DNA of 64,000 nt from Anaeramoeba ignava BMAN (lineage: Eukaryota; Protista; Anaeramoebae): positions 181,531-245,530 of the forward strand of contig JAPDFW010000097.1 in NCBI GenBank assembly GCA_028826165.1, given 5' to 3'. The position numbers and the translations under genes are program-made. Shown piece by piece: positions 53,201 through 64,000 of this stretch (within the stretch, counting starts at the first letter, position 1; every line of letters begins with the position of its first letter). A model generated the notes under the pieces. It made no database searches and was not told where the DNA came from. It worked only from the letters and a program-made list of their open reading frames with translations.

Positions 53201-54883
53201 TATAAATTAAATTAAAAATTATAAATTAAATTAAAATTAAATAAATTAAAATTATAAAATGAAATTATAAATTGAAATTAAATTAAATAAATTGAAATTA
53301 TAAACGAAATTGAAATTATAAATTAAATTGAAATTATAAATTAAATTGAAATTATAAATTAAATTGAAATTATAAATTAAATTGAAATTATAAATTAAAT
53401 TGAAATTATAAATTAAATTGAAATTATAAATTAAATTGAAATTATAAATTAAATTGAAATTATAAATTAAATTGAAATTATAAATTAAATTAAATTGAAA
53501 TTATAAATTAAATTGAAATTATAAATTAAATTGAAATTATAAAATTAAATTGAAATAAATTAAATTAAATTGAAATTATAAATTAAATTGAAATTATAAA
53601 TTAAATTGAAATTATAAATTAAATTGAAATTATAAATGAAATTGAAATTAAATTGAAATTATAAATTAAATTGAAATTATAAATTAAATTGGAATTATAA
53701 ATTAAATTGGAATTATAAATTGAAATTGAAATTAAATTGAAATTATAAATTAAATTGAAATAATAAATTAAATTGAAATTATAAATTAAATTATAAATTA
53801 AATTGAAAATTATAAATTAAATTGAAAATAAATTGAAATTGAAATTATAAATTAAATTGAAATAAATAAATTAAATTATAAATTAAATTGAAATTATAAT
53901 AAATTAAATTGAAATTATAAATTAAATTGAAATTATAAATTAAATTGAAATAATAAATTAAATTGAAATTATAAATTAAATTGAAATTATAAATTAAATT
54001 GAAATTATAAATTAAATTGAAATTATAAATTAAATTGAAATTATAAATTAAATTGAAATTATAAATTAAATTGAAATTATAAATTAAATTGAAATTATAA
54101 ATTAAATTGAAATTATAAATTAAATTAAAATTATAAATTAAATTGAAATTATAAATTAAATTGAAATTATAAATTAAATTGAAATTTATTATAAATTAAA
54201 TTGAAATTATAAATTAAATTGAAATTGAAATTAAATTGAAATTATAAATTAAATTGAAATTATAAATTAAATTGAAAATTATAAATTAAATTGAAATTAT
54301 AAATTAAATTGAAATTATAAATTAAATTGAAAATTAAATTGAAATAATAAATTAAATTAAAATTATAAATTAAATTGAAATTAAAAATTAAATTAAATTA
54401 TGTTTATAAATTAAATTGAAATAATAAATTAAATTAAAATTATAAATTAAATTGAAATTAAATTAAAATAATAATTTAAATTGAAATTATAAATTAAATT
54501 GAAATTATAAATTAAATTGAAATTATAAATTAAATTGAAATTATAAATTAAATTAAAATAATAAATTAAATTGAAATTATAAATTAAATTGAAATTATAA
54601 ATTAAATTGAAATTGTAAATTGAAATTGAAATTGAAATTGAAATTAAAATGCTTTTATAATTTTTTTTTTGCTTTGCTTGTTTAAATAATATACAATTTG
54701 AAGTTGTGTTGTTTTCCCTTTTATTTTAATTGTTTGAAAACGGAAATCAACACCAATTGTATTTGGGACATCAGGATCAAAATCATTATCACAAAATTGT
54801 TTTAAAATACAAGTTTTTCCAACAACAGAATCACCAATTAAAACAATTTTAGTTATAGAATCAGTTGGTTTTGGAATTGACAT
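50268..54883 (-). CDS. Rab-family small GTPase; exons 54883-54695, 51346-51334 (13 nt), 51243-50925, 50364-50268
   Basis: KIVLIGDSVVGKTC, TIGVDF, QLQI|WDTAG|QEVFRSITHNYYRNADG, MGNKKDL, FEVSAK, C-terminal GCCG*. All introns are GT-AG. Confidence 0.92.
50366..50920. repeat. (AAAATT)n microsatellite inside the last Rab intron
   Basis: Visible hexamer run. Confidence 0.93.
51355..54645. repeat. ~3.3-kb 18-bp satellite (TATAAATTAAATTGAAAT)n inside Rab intron 1
   Basis: The repeat is directly visible, with degenerate stretches. Confidence 0.95.
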
Positions 54884-54949
54884 ATTTAAAAGAAAAAAAG
54901 AAAGAAAGAAAAAAAAATGAAATTTTTAATAAAAAAAATTTTTTTTTGT

Positions 54950-55996
54950 TTATTTTATTAAAATTCCTATTCCAAATTCTTTTGGTTTTGTCTTGCTAAA
55001 AATAGAATTTAAATTTGTATTTAATATCATCTTTTCGTGAATTTGTTTTGAAATGAAAATATCTAATCCTTCTTCAGAATGGAAATTCAATTTACAAACA
55101 AAATTATGATCAAATCCTTTAAAATTTTCAATTAAAGATTTTGATTCTTGATTTTTTTCATTTGAATCTGACGAATTTTTCACAATTGAAGAATCGCTTT
55201 GATTGGGTTTGAAAAAAGGAAATTTCTTCCCCATATTCTTTCTGATCAAACCCAGCAATTTTGGTGGAGAAAATTGAGTCCCAATACTGAAATTAGATTG
55301 ACGAGAAAAAATATTAACATCGAAAGAAGTGCTCAAAAAACAATCAGAACTTAAACGTATTGAATAACTTGAAACCAAATTTCCAATCAATGAAAAAATT
55401 GTTGTGAATTCTCTCTCTCGATTTTTAAACCCAAATGCTGTTGAAAGTTGCACAGATTTTGCTGCAGAATTGTAATAGTAAATTTCACTTCCTGCATAAA
55501 TTGATTTTCCAAATTTATGAAGATAATTCATTCCAAAAATATTATTCCAAGTGGAGTATTTGAATTGAAATGAGTTTGTTTCATTTCGAAGCAAAATATT
55601 TCCGATCCAAGCTGTATTTTCAAGTTGTTTGGGAGTGAATATGATCGAATTTGAAATTTTGAGTTTTCCAAAAAGAATATTTTTCATCATCATTTGAAAA
55701 TCAAAATGTGAATCTGTTTGCTCAAGTTTTGTATTTATTGATGTTGATATTTTTGTTTTGATATCGTTGTTTGTATTTCTATCATCATATTTTTTTGTTT
55801 TGTATTCATGTAAAAAGCTACTTGCAAATTTTTGAGGTTTGTTAAATATAGAATCAATTGAAAAAATTATATCAAATTTATTTTGTAAATTAGGTTTCAA
55901 ATTCTTGATTTTGAGATTTGATCCTTTTGGAAAAGTTTCAGTTAAAATTTTTTGAGATATTTTATTAATATTTTTATATTTAAAAAGAAATGACAT
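54950..55996 (-). CDS. MDM10: Mitochondrial-porin-superfamily beta-barrel protein, Mdm10-like
   Basis: Alternating beta-strand pattern. YSTWNNIFGMNYLH, AGSEIYY, LIGNLVSSYSIRLS and LSTSFDVNIFSRQSNFSIG resemble, from memory, fungal Mdm10 segments (YST..ALLG, AGGELYY, LMGNLSSTYAVK, CSRFDFNVYSYES.L.LG). Confidence 0.65.
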   Translation of the reverse strand: MSFLFKYKNINKISQKILTETFPKGSNLKIKNLKPNLQNKFDIIFSIDSIFNKPQKFASSFLHEYKTKKYDDRNTNNDIKTKISTSINTKLEQTDSHFDFQMMMKNILFGKLKISNSIIFTPKQLENTAWIGNILLRNETNSFQFKYSTWNNIFGMNYLHKFGKSIYAGSEIYYYNSAAKSVQLSTAFGFKNREREFTTIFSLIGNLVSSYSIRLSSDCFLSTSFDVNIFSRQSNFSIGTQFSPPKLLGLIRKNMGKKFPFFKPNQSDSSIVKNSSDSNEKNQESKSLIENFKGFDHNFVCKLNFHSEEGLDIFISKQIHEKMILNTNLNSIFSKTKPKEFGIGILIK

Positions 55997-56029
55997 TTTT
56001 GATTAAAAAAATGAAAATCGAAAATTTAA

Positions 56030-56710
56030 AATCAAAATCAAAAATCAAAAATCAAAATCAAAATGAAAATCAAAATCAAAATCAAAATCAAAATCAAAAT
56101 CAAAATCAAAATCAAAATCAAAATCAAAATCAAAATCAAAATCAAAAATCAAAATCAAAATCAAAATCAAAATCAAAAATCAAAATCAAAATTAAAATCA
56201 AAAAAATCAAAAATTAAAATAAAATCAAAAAATCAAAAAAATCAAAATCAAAATTAAAAATCAAAATCAAAATCAAAATCAAAATCAAAATCAAAATCAA
56301 AATCAAAATCAAAATTAAAATCAAAATCAAAATCAAAATCAAAATCAAAAATCAAAATCAAAATTAAAATCAAAATCAAAATCAAAATTAAAATCAAAAT
56401 CAAAATCAAAATCAAAATCAAAATCAAAATCAAAATTAAAATCAAAATCAAAATCAAAATCAAAATTAAAATCAAAATCAAAATTAAAATCAAAATTCAA
56501 AATCAAAATCAAAATCAAAATTAAATTCAAAATAAAATTCAAAATCAAAATCAAAATCAAAATCAAAATTCAAAATCAAAATCAAAATCAAAATTAAAAT
56601 CAAAATCAAAATCAAAATCAAAATCAAAATCAAAATTAAAATCAAAATCAAATTCAAATTTAAAATCAAAATCAAAATCAAATTCAAATTCCAAATCCAA
56701 ATCAAAATTA
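56030..56710. repeat. (AAAATC)n microsatellite between divergent genes
   Basis: Visible hexamer run. Confidence 0.93.
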
Positions 56711-56802
56711 AAAAAAGAAAGAAAGAAAAAAGGAAAAATTTTTAATTTAATTTTGCTTTTTATTTTTTTTTTTTCATTTTTTTCATTTTTCATTTTTAAA
56801 AA

Positions 56803-59800
56803 ATGTCTCAAAACAATTTAAAACCTCAACTTTTCATTTATTACAAACAAAGAAAAAAAGATAAAAATCAAATAACTTTTAAATGCAATGAAAAAAAAAT
56901 GATTCAATCTAATCAAAATCAAAATATTTGGAGTTTTAAAGATGAATCAAATGAAAAAACTGTTAAAGAATGGTCAATCGAAATGAAAAAACCAAAATCA
57001 AAAACAAAAACAAAATCAAAATCAAAACATCAAAAGAGATCACAATCAATCAAAAAAACTTTTCCTTTTGAAAAAACTCAATCAAATTTAAATTTTTTCA
57101 TTTTTACAGAAGATCAAAATGAAAAAGAAAAAGAAAATGAAAAAGAAAAAGAAATAATTGCATCAGAATTTCTAACTGCTTTTATAACTCAAATTGAAGA
57201 AAAAATTTTTGGAAATCAAAATCAAATTGAAATCCAATCAAGTTTTACTCAAATTATTAAAGTGCATGAAACTATAATGGAACAATTTCTCAAATCAAAA
57301 AATAATGAAAAATATCTTGAAAACCTATTTTCTTCAATAGTTTATAATTTAATCAAAAACCAATATCAAAAATTTCCATTATTTAGAACTTTTCTTATTA
57401 TTTTCTTTCAGTATTCTGCTAATCTTGAAATGCAAAATTATTTTTCAGAAATTCTTTTTTTTCCAACAACACAAATTACAAATATTGGAGATTTAGTTCA
57501 TTTTTATGAAGTTATTTATCATTTAATTCAAATACCTTCTCTTAACACTTTTATATCAAAAATAAAAGAAAATTTACTTTTAATTTCAAAAAGTTTAGTA
57601 AAAAATTACAGATTTAAACTTTTATGGTTTATCCCAATTTTTGAAGCTCTTCAAATATCTGAATCAATTTTTGATATTATTAAACTCAAATCTGAAGAAC
57701 TTAACAAAAAAGAAGTTAACAAGAAATTTATTAAAGAATCTATTTTCATGCTCAAAATTTGTTTTAATTCTCAAATTTTCAAGAATACTATCACTCCAAA
57801 AATGATAAATACCCTTTTTTACTCAGAAAATCTTAAATATTCTTTATTTGAAATTCTTTTTAAAAAAAAAGAATCTGATCAACTTTTCGAAATTATTCTT
57901 GATTCTATTAACCAAAATGGATTGTATGAAATTATTCAAAATATTATTTGCCCTACATTTTTAGAATGGGTTAAATTTTGGAAAAACTTGGAAAATCAAA
58001 CAAAGGAATATTTTAGCAAAAGAATAGAAAAAATCAAAAAGGATATTATGAAAAATATTGGAGATTTTGATCAAAATAAATTTTATTCAATTCGAGAAAA
58101 TAATTTTGAAATACAACCTTTCAACCAAAAATTATCTCAAGAAAAAATTAATGAAATTATTGAATTGAAAAAGTTTGAAAATGAATTAGATTTGGATTTA
58201 GAACTTAAAAACAAAATTGAAAATTTGACTATTAACGAGTTACTTTCAATAAAACCAATAAATATGATTGATAATAAGGATATTATTATTCATATACCTC
58301 TTAATCATCAATTACATTATTGGGAAAAACATCTTTCTTTAAATGAAAATTTTGAAATTAAATCAAATATTTTCAAATTAATTAAAACTGTCAATGAAAC
58401 TCAAATACAAAAGATTGAAACAACTTTGAAATGGTTTAAAAATTATGAAAATTTCAATAAGAAAGATGATAATAATAATAGTGATAATGATAGTGATAAT
58501 GATAATGATAATAATGATAATGATAATAATAATAATAATGATAATAATAATAATAATGATAATATCCAAAAAGAATCAGAAAATTCACAAAGTTTCTTAA
58601 TTATACTAAAAGGATGGAAAACACAAATTTTACAAAAAATACAAAAATTAAAAGATCCAGATCAATGTTTAATTTATGATTTTTATGATTATTCCAATAA
58701 TAGAAAGTTATATTCTCCTTTTTTTCTTATATTCAATGAAAATTATTCTTCTGAAATTCAAAATACATGGACACTTATTGATAATTTTCACGAAAAAGAA
58801 AACATTTTAAATTCATTTGATTCTCATTTTCTATCATATTCAAAACTTAAATGTCCAGAAATTTTTAAAATATTGGATAAAATAAAAAAAGAGAGATCAA
58901 TAACAAATGATGAAATTCAAATTCAAAATCAAAATCAAAATTCTGAGCATATTACAGTTACTAAAACTCAAACAATATTTGATCATTTAGGATTTGATTT
59001 TAATATTTTATCTTCTTTTCAATCATTGAACCAAAACAAAATGTTCAGACGTTTTTGGATATTAGAAGTTCAAAACTTTTTCAATACAAAAGAAAAAGAA
59101 AAGAAAAAGAAAAAGATAAAAAACAAAAAGATATTAAATTAAACGAATTGAAAAATCAAATCATTCCAAATGTTATAAATAAATGGAAAGAATTTAGAAA
59201 CAAAATAATACAATCTACTATAACTTTTAAAGAATTGGATTATTACTTCCCTATTGGAAATAGTGATGAATTAAACAACTCTCAAATTCAACAACTTTCT
59301 TTTTATGATTTTGAAGAGAAAAATGAAGAAAAAGAACAAAAAGAGCAATTATCTGTGAATAAAATTAAACAGTTTCTCAAATGCCGCAAACTTATTACTT
59401 CTAGAGATTCTTTTATTTTTCTATGCAAATCCAAATTCAAACAAAACCCAAAATTTTATTTAGATTGGAAATCAGTCGAAAAATATAATATATCTCAAGT
59501 AGAAGAAGTTTTAAAAGAAGCACTCATTTTGGGATTAAAAGAAGAAACAATTGAATTTTTTGGTGATTTATTTCCTAAAACTGTTGTTCATCCAATGAAA
59601 AAAAACAAAACAAAAAACAAAGTTAATGAAAACTTTAATTCAGATATTTTTGATTGGCTCAAGGATAATAATCTTAGGGATTTTGAATTTAATCAAAAAG
59701 TTGATCCAAATCAATTTAATGATCAACAATTGTCACAAGCAGCAATATATTTACGTTCTGTTCGCGAAAGAATAAAAAGATATTTATATCAACAATTTTC

Positions 59801-62800
59801 CAGTTTGCAAAATCTTATAAATGAAATTTCTAAAAGTGAAGATGAATTTCTCAAAAATTCATCAAAAAATCCTCTTAATACTCGATTTTTACAAAAAGTG
59901 TTTATTGAATTAAAAGAAAAAATTGAAAAAACTCAAGCATCTCCACAACAAAAAGCACAAAGAATTATTACCAAAATATTTACTGAAAAATCTAAATTTG
60001 TATTTAGATTTGCTCAAAATTTAAATGATGAAAATGTTGAATGCCAAATTGAAAATTCAGATCCTATTCCTTTTGAAGATTTATTGCAAGTTTATTATAC
60101 AATTCAAGATTCAGATAATTTTGTTATTTCTCCTAATTATATAACTTTTGAAAATGATCAAGAACTCAATTTAAAAGCGTTTTATTCTAAATTTTTGGAA
60201 ATATTCCCAATTATTGAAGAATGTTCATCAACTCTTACTAAACTTAGAAATTTTGGGCATTGGGATTATTTTTCAGATTTCAACAACCAAAAAGACAACA
60301 AAATTTTTATCAAAGATGTTCTAATTTCTCAGAATAATGATTGGGAACAAGAAATACAAAATCTTAATATTAAATTTCACAAGATTTAAAAGAATGGAAA
60401 GATAAAATTTTAGAAGTTTATAAAGTTTATCCGTTCATCTCAATGTTTTCTTATAAACAATTTATCAGTATTGTTTATTATTTGAAAAACCAAAAAAATT
60501 CAAATATTGATATTCTTCGTTACTTTTTCCAATATCTTGATGAAAAAGATTCCCAATCGTTAATTGAAGCAGTTTCAGATCCATTAAACAAAAAACAATC
60601 AGATATTGATATTTCTTCTGAAGCTTCAATAATGAATAAATTATTTGATCTTTACAAATATATTAAATTACGTTTAATCCTAATTAAAGAAAATCAAAAT
60701 GAACTCACTAAAGCCTCACAAATTAATCAAGATAAATTTACAAATGTTCTCAAACAAAATCACAAAAAAATTGCTCAAAAAAATATTTTTTATTATGAAA
60801 CAACAGAAAATGAAGAAAAATCAAATATTTATGATTTGTTAACATCAATTTATTTTACTTATTCTCATCATTTTCCTTTGAGAGAACATGTTCTTATTTG
60901 TGATAAATATACAAGCAAAATGGATATTAGAAACTTTTTGAGGATTTACAAACTTTATAATTTTTATTCAGATTCAAATGAAGAAAACAAAAACAAAAAG
61001 AAAAAGAAAAACAAAAGAGAAAAAGAAACAAAATTTTTGAAGCAACAAAAGTTTTTGTTTACAATAATGTTTTTCCAAAAATTGAAAAAAAGAGAATCTA
61101 ATTGTTTAATCAAAGAATTAAATCAAATTGATTATTTTGCAAAATATCCTCTTTTAATCTTATTTTCAGGAGATTCTCCTCAAATTTACAATTTAAAACA
61201 AGCAACTCAAAACCAAAAAATTGAAAATTTTGAAATATTATCAAGACAAAATATCCAATTAATTTTTGATAAATATCATCCTAAATCAAATAATATGAAA
61301 GTTTTCACTTCTGAATTCTCTGGATGTGGAAAGACTTATCAAATTAGAAAATATTTCACACAAAAAACCAAAAAAGATTCTTTATTTCCTTATTCACACA
61401 TTATACTTACAAGTGGAACATCTTTTGAAATTATTAACAAAATTTATGCATTTCTTGATAATTCAAATCTACAAAATCAAAATCAAAATCAAAATCAAAA
61501 TGCATTTATAAATAATAACAGTAATATGGTTAATTATATACATTTCGAATTTCCAATATATCCAAAAAAGGAAACATTAAATTTAATTTGGAAATTCTTA
61601 ATGTGGGGAGTAATCGAACAAAAAGATCAATATCAAATGCTCAATTACTATTTTGGAAATTTGAAGATAATTTTGATATTTCATTTGAAATTCCAAGTAA
61701 TAGAGGTGCAAATTCAGAAAGTGGTTTGAGACAATTTACTCCATTAAAATTTATTCAAGAATTTCAATGTGAACTTAAAGAAGAAGCTTTTGAATTTATT
61801 GAATATGAAATTAATGAAAATTTTGAAATTGAAAGAAAAGAAGATCAAAAACTTAAGAAAGTTGCAAGATTTATTGAAATAGCAGAAAATAACTTTGTTG
61901 AAATTGATAAACCAAATTTACAAAATAATCAAGAGGAAACATATAAAGAACTAGATAAAAACAAATTTTGGAAATTTTTATTAAATACTTTTACTGAAGA
62001 ATCAAAAGAAAAAGAAAAAAAAGAACAATTAACTTTCAGGCTTCTTTCTAATTTTTGGAAAATTTTGAAAAGTCATATTGATTATCTCTTTCGTTATATG
62101 TTTTTCAGTAACCAAATAACTCGAAATATTATGAATTTTAAAAGTGATGATGAAGCAAAGAAATTTACAAAAGAATTTTTTTATGGATATATTTATTCAA
62201 TGAAAAAATTAGTTTCACGTTCATTTAATTGGACTTTCCATACAGAAAGTGAAGATTCTAATGATATAATAGAGTTATCAAAAATTTATAACAATAGAAA
62301 TGAATGGGATACCAAAATAGATTGTTTTCTTATTCCAATTTTCTCAAACAATTCAACTAACTTTAGTTTATTTGAAAATAAAAATACAAATCTTTTAAAA
62401 GATAAAAAAATTCGAAGAATATTACAAAAAAATGGATTCAACTTTTTTCAAGAAATCACAAATAAAAAAAAACCAACATTTAATTTAAGTGAAGCACTTA
62501 AAATATTAACAGCATCTAATACTAAAGAAAGTAATGCAAAAGTAGAAAAGAAACGAATGACTGAAGTATATCAAAATTCAAGATATGTTTTAACATCAGA
62601 TAACTTTATGAAAATGATTTATATTCGACTAAAACTTTTCAGGTCTTCCTGTAATTTTATTGGGAGAAACTGGATGTGGAAAAACATCACTAATACAATT
62701 TTTAATTGAAAAAATGATGAATAAAAAACTATTAATTCAAAATATTCATGGAGGAACAACACAAGAAGATATTGTAAGATATGTTAAAGAAGCAGAAGAA

Positions 62801-64000
62801 ATTATCCAAAAACAAAAAAATAACGATGTTTATCTTTTTTTTGATGAATTCAATACATCTTCAAATGAATGCATTACTTTATTCAAAGAAATTATAATTG
62901 GTCATTCATTGAATGGAAAACCACTTTCAAAAAAATTACATTTATTAGCAGCTGCAAATCCTTATAGACTTAGATCTTCTCAACAGAATAAAAATAATAA
63001 AAATGAAGATAATAAAAATGAAAATAATAATAATCAAAATAATAATGGAAATGATGAACAAGATTTCTTAACAAATGCTGGTTTAGATTTTGATACAAAA
63101 TTAAAAAATAATAAAAAAAGAGATATTCAAAAAGCTGTTTATCGTGTTCATCCAATTCAAGATTCATTTTTTGAAGATATTTTTGATTTTGGAAATTTAA
63201 GTGAAGAAGCTGAAAAAAAATATATCACAGAAATGGTACAAAATGTAACGAAAGAATATGGACAATTTATGATCAAAATCAAGAACCAAGATATCAATAA
63301 TTTCACAGAGATAATTTGTTATTCACATGATTTTATTCGAAAAAATTCAAATGATCCAAAAAGTTCAGTTTCTTTAAGGGATGTTTCAAGAATTTTACGA
63401 ATTTGGAAATGGACTTTAGAATCTTCTATAAATGAACCTCTTTTTGAAAATATAATTATTGAAAGATCACTCTGTTCTTTTTTATTATCAATTTATATTT
63501 GTTATGCAATACGTTTTACTGATGATAATAGAAAAAATTATATTCAATACATTAACCAAAATTTGTTGAAAAAGAAAACAAGCAAAAGAATTTAACATTA
63601 AATATGATTATTGGTAAAATTCAGGATAATTTAGTTAATTATTTAAGAGTTCGAGAATATGATAATTTAATTGCAGTTAATCAAATTTTGAAAGAGAATT
63701 TATTATTAGTATTCATTTCTTGTTATGTTCAAATTCCTTTATTTATTGTTGGAAAACCAGGTATTTATATTTTTTATATTTTTTTGTAAATAGAAAACAA
63801 AAAAATAAAATATAAAATTATTATCATTTTTTTAGGAACATCAAAAACTTTATCTATTGAAATTATATTACATCGTTTACGCCAAGGAAGTGATAATTTA
63901 TTAATTCAAAAATTCAAATTATCTCCTTTAGTTCCTTTTTATCTTCAATGCTCCAAAATATTATCATCAAAAGGAATATCAAGAATATTTAAATTAGCAA
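56803..64000 (+). CDS. Giant RNF213/mysterin-like multi-AAA+ ATPase, partial (continues past the window). Several apparent frameshifts; intron 63761-63835.
   Basis: FTSEFSGCGKT, IGETGCGKTSLI, IHGGTT, YLFFDEFNT, LAAANPY, YRVHPI, SVSLRDV, LKENL...IPLFIVGKPG|TSKTLS follow the motif order of RNF213-family AAA modules. Confidence 0.8.

Noticed and set aside
55990-56811. ORFs of IKIK/ILIL/DFDF/QNQN type
   Set aside because: These are translations of the (AAAATC)n microsatellite.
56803-63600. Five or six separate genes, or an alternative genetic code
   Set aside because: The ORFs overlap or abut in shifted frames and continue one motif series. Conserved genes translate normally with the standard code.

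Overview
Very AT-rich, intron-containing eukaryotic (protist) DNA. Gene style, a TTTCATTT initiator-like motif and heavy intein load are consistent with an anaerobic metamonad such as Anaeramoeba; this is inference only. The centrepiece is the spliceosomal PRP8 gene (10144-24289). It carries FIVE in-frame inteins totalling ~2085 aa: three with LAGLIDADG-type endonuclease domains, one with a decayed remnant and one mini-intein. It also has at least four spliceosomal introns, and a conserved ~21-codon segment is missing from the sequence. Other genes: a divergent actin, two ankyrin-BTB paralogs, a small membrane protein head-to-head with Sec61-gamma, a BTB-BACK-TLDc protein, two multi-intron Rab GTPases (one with a 3.3-kb satellite intron and a 13-nt micro-exon), a triple-PH protein, a SEL1L/Hrd3-like protein, five tandem F-box/multipass-membrane genes, an M3 oligopeptidase, an Mdm10-like beta-barrel and an RNF213-like giant AAA+ ATPase running off the right end. 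Intergenic regions hold AT-rich tandem arrays (~140-170-bp units) and microsatellites. The many single-base frameshifts mostly sit in homopolymers and look like long-read errors.
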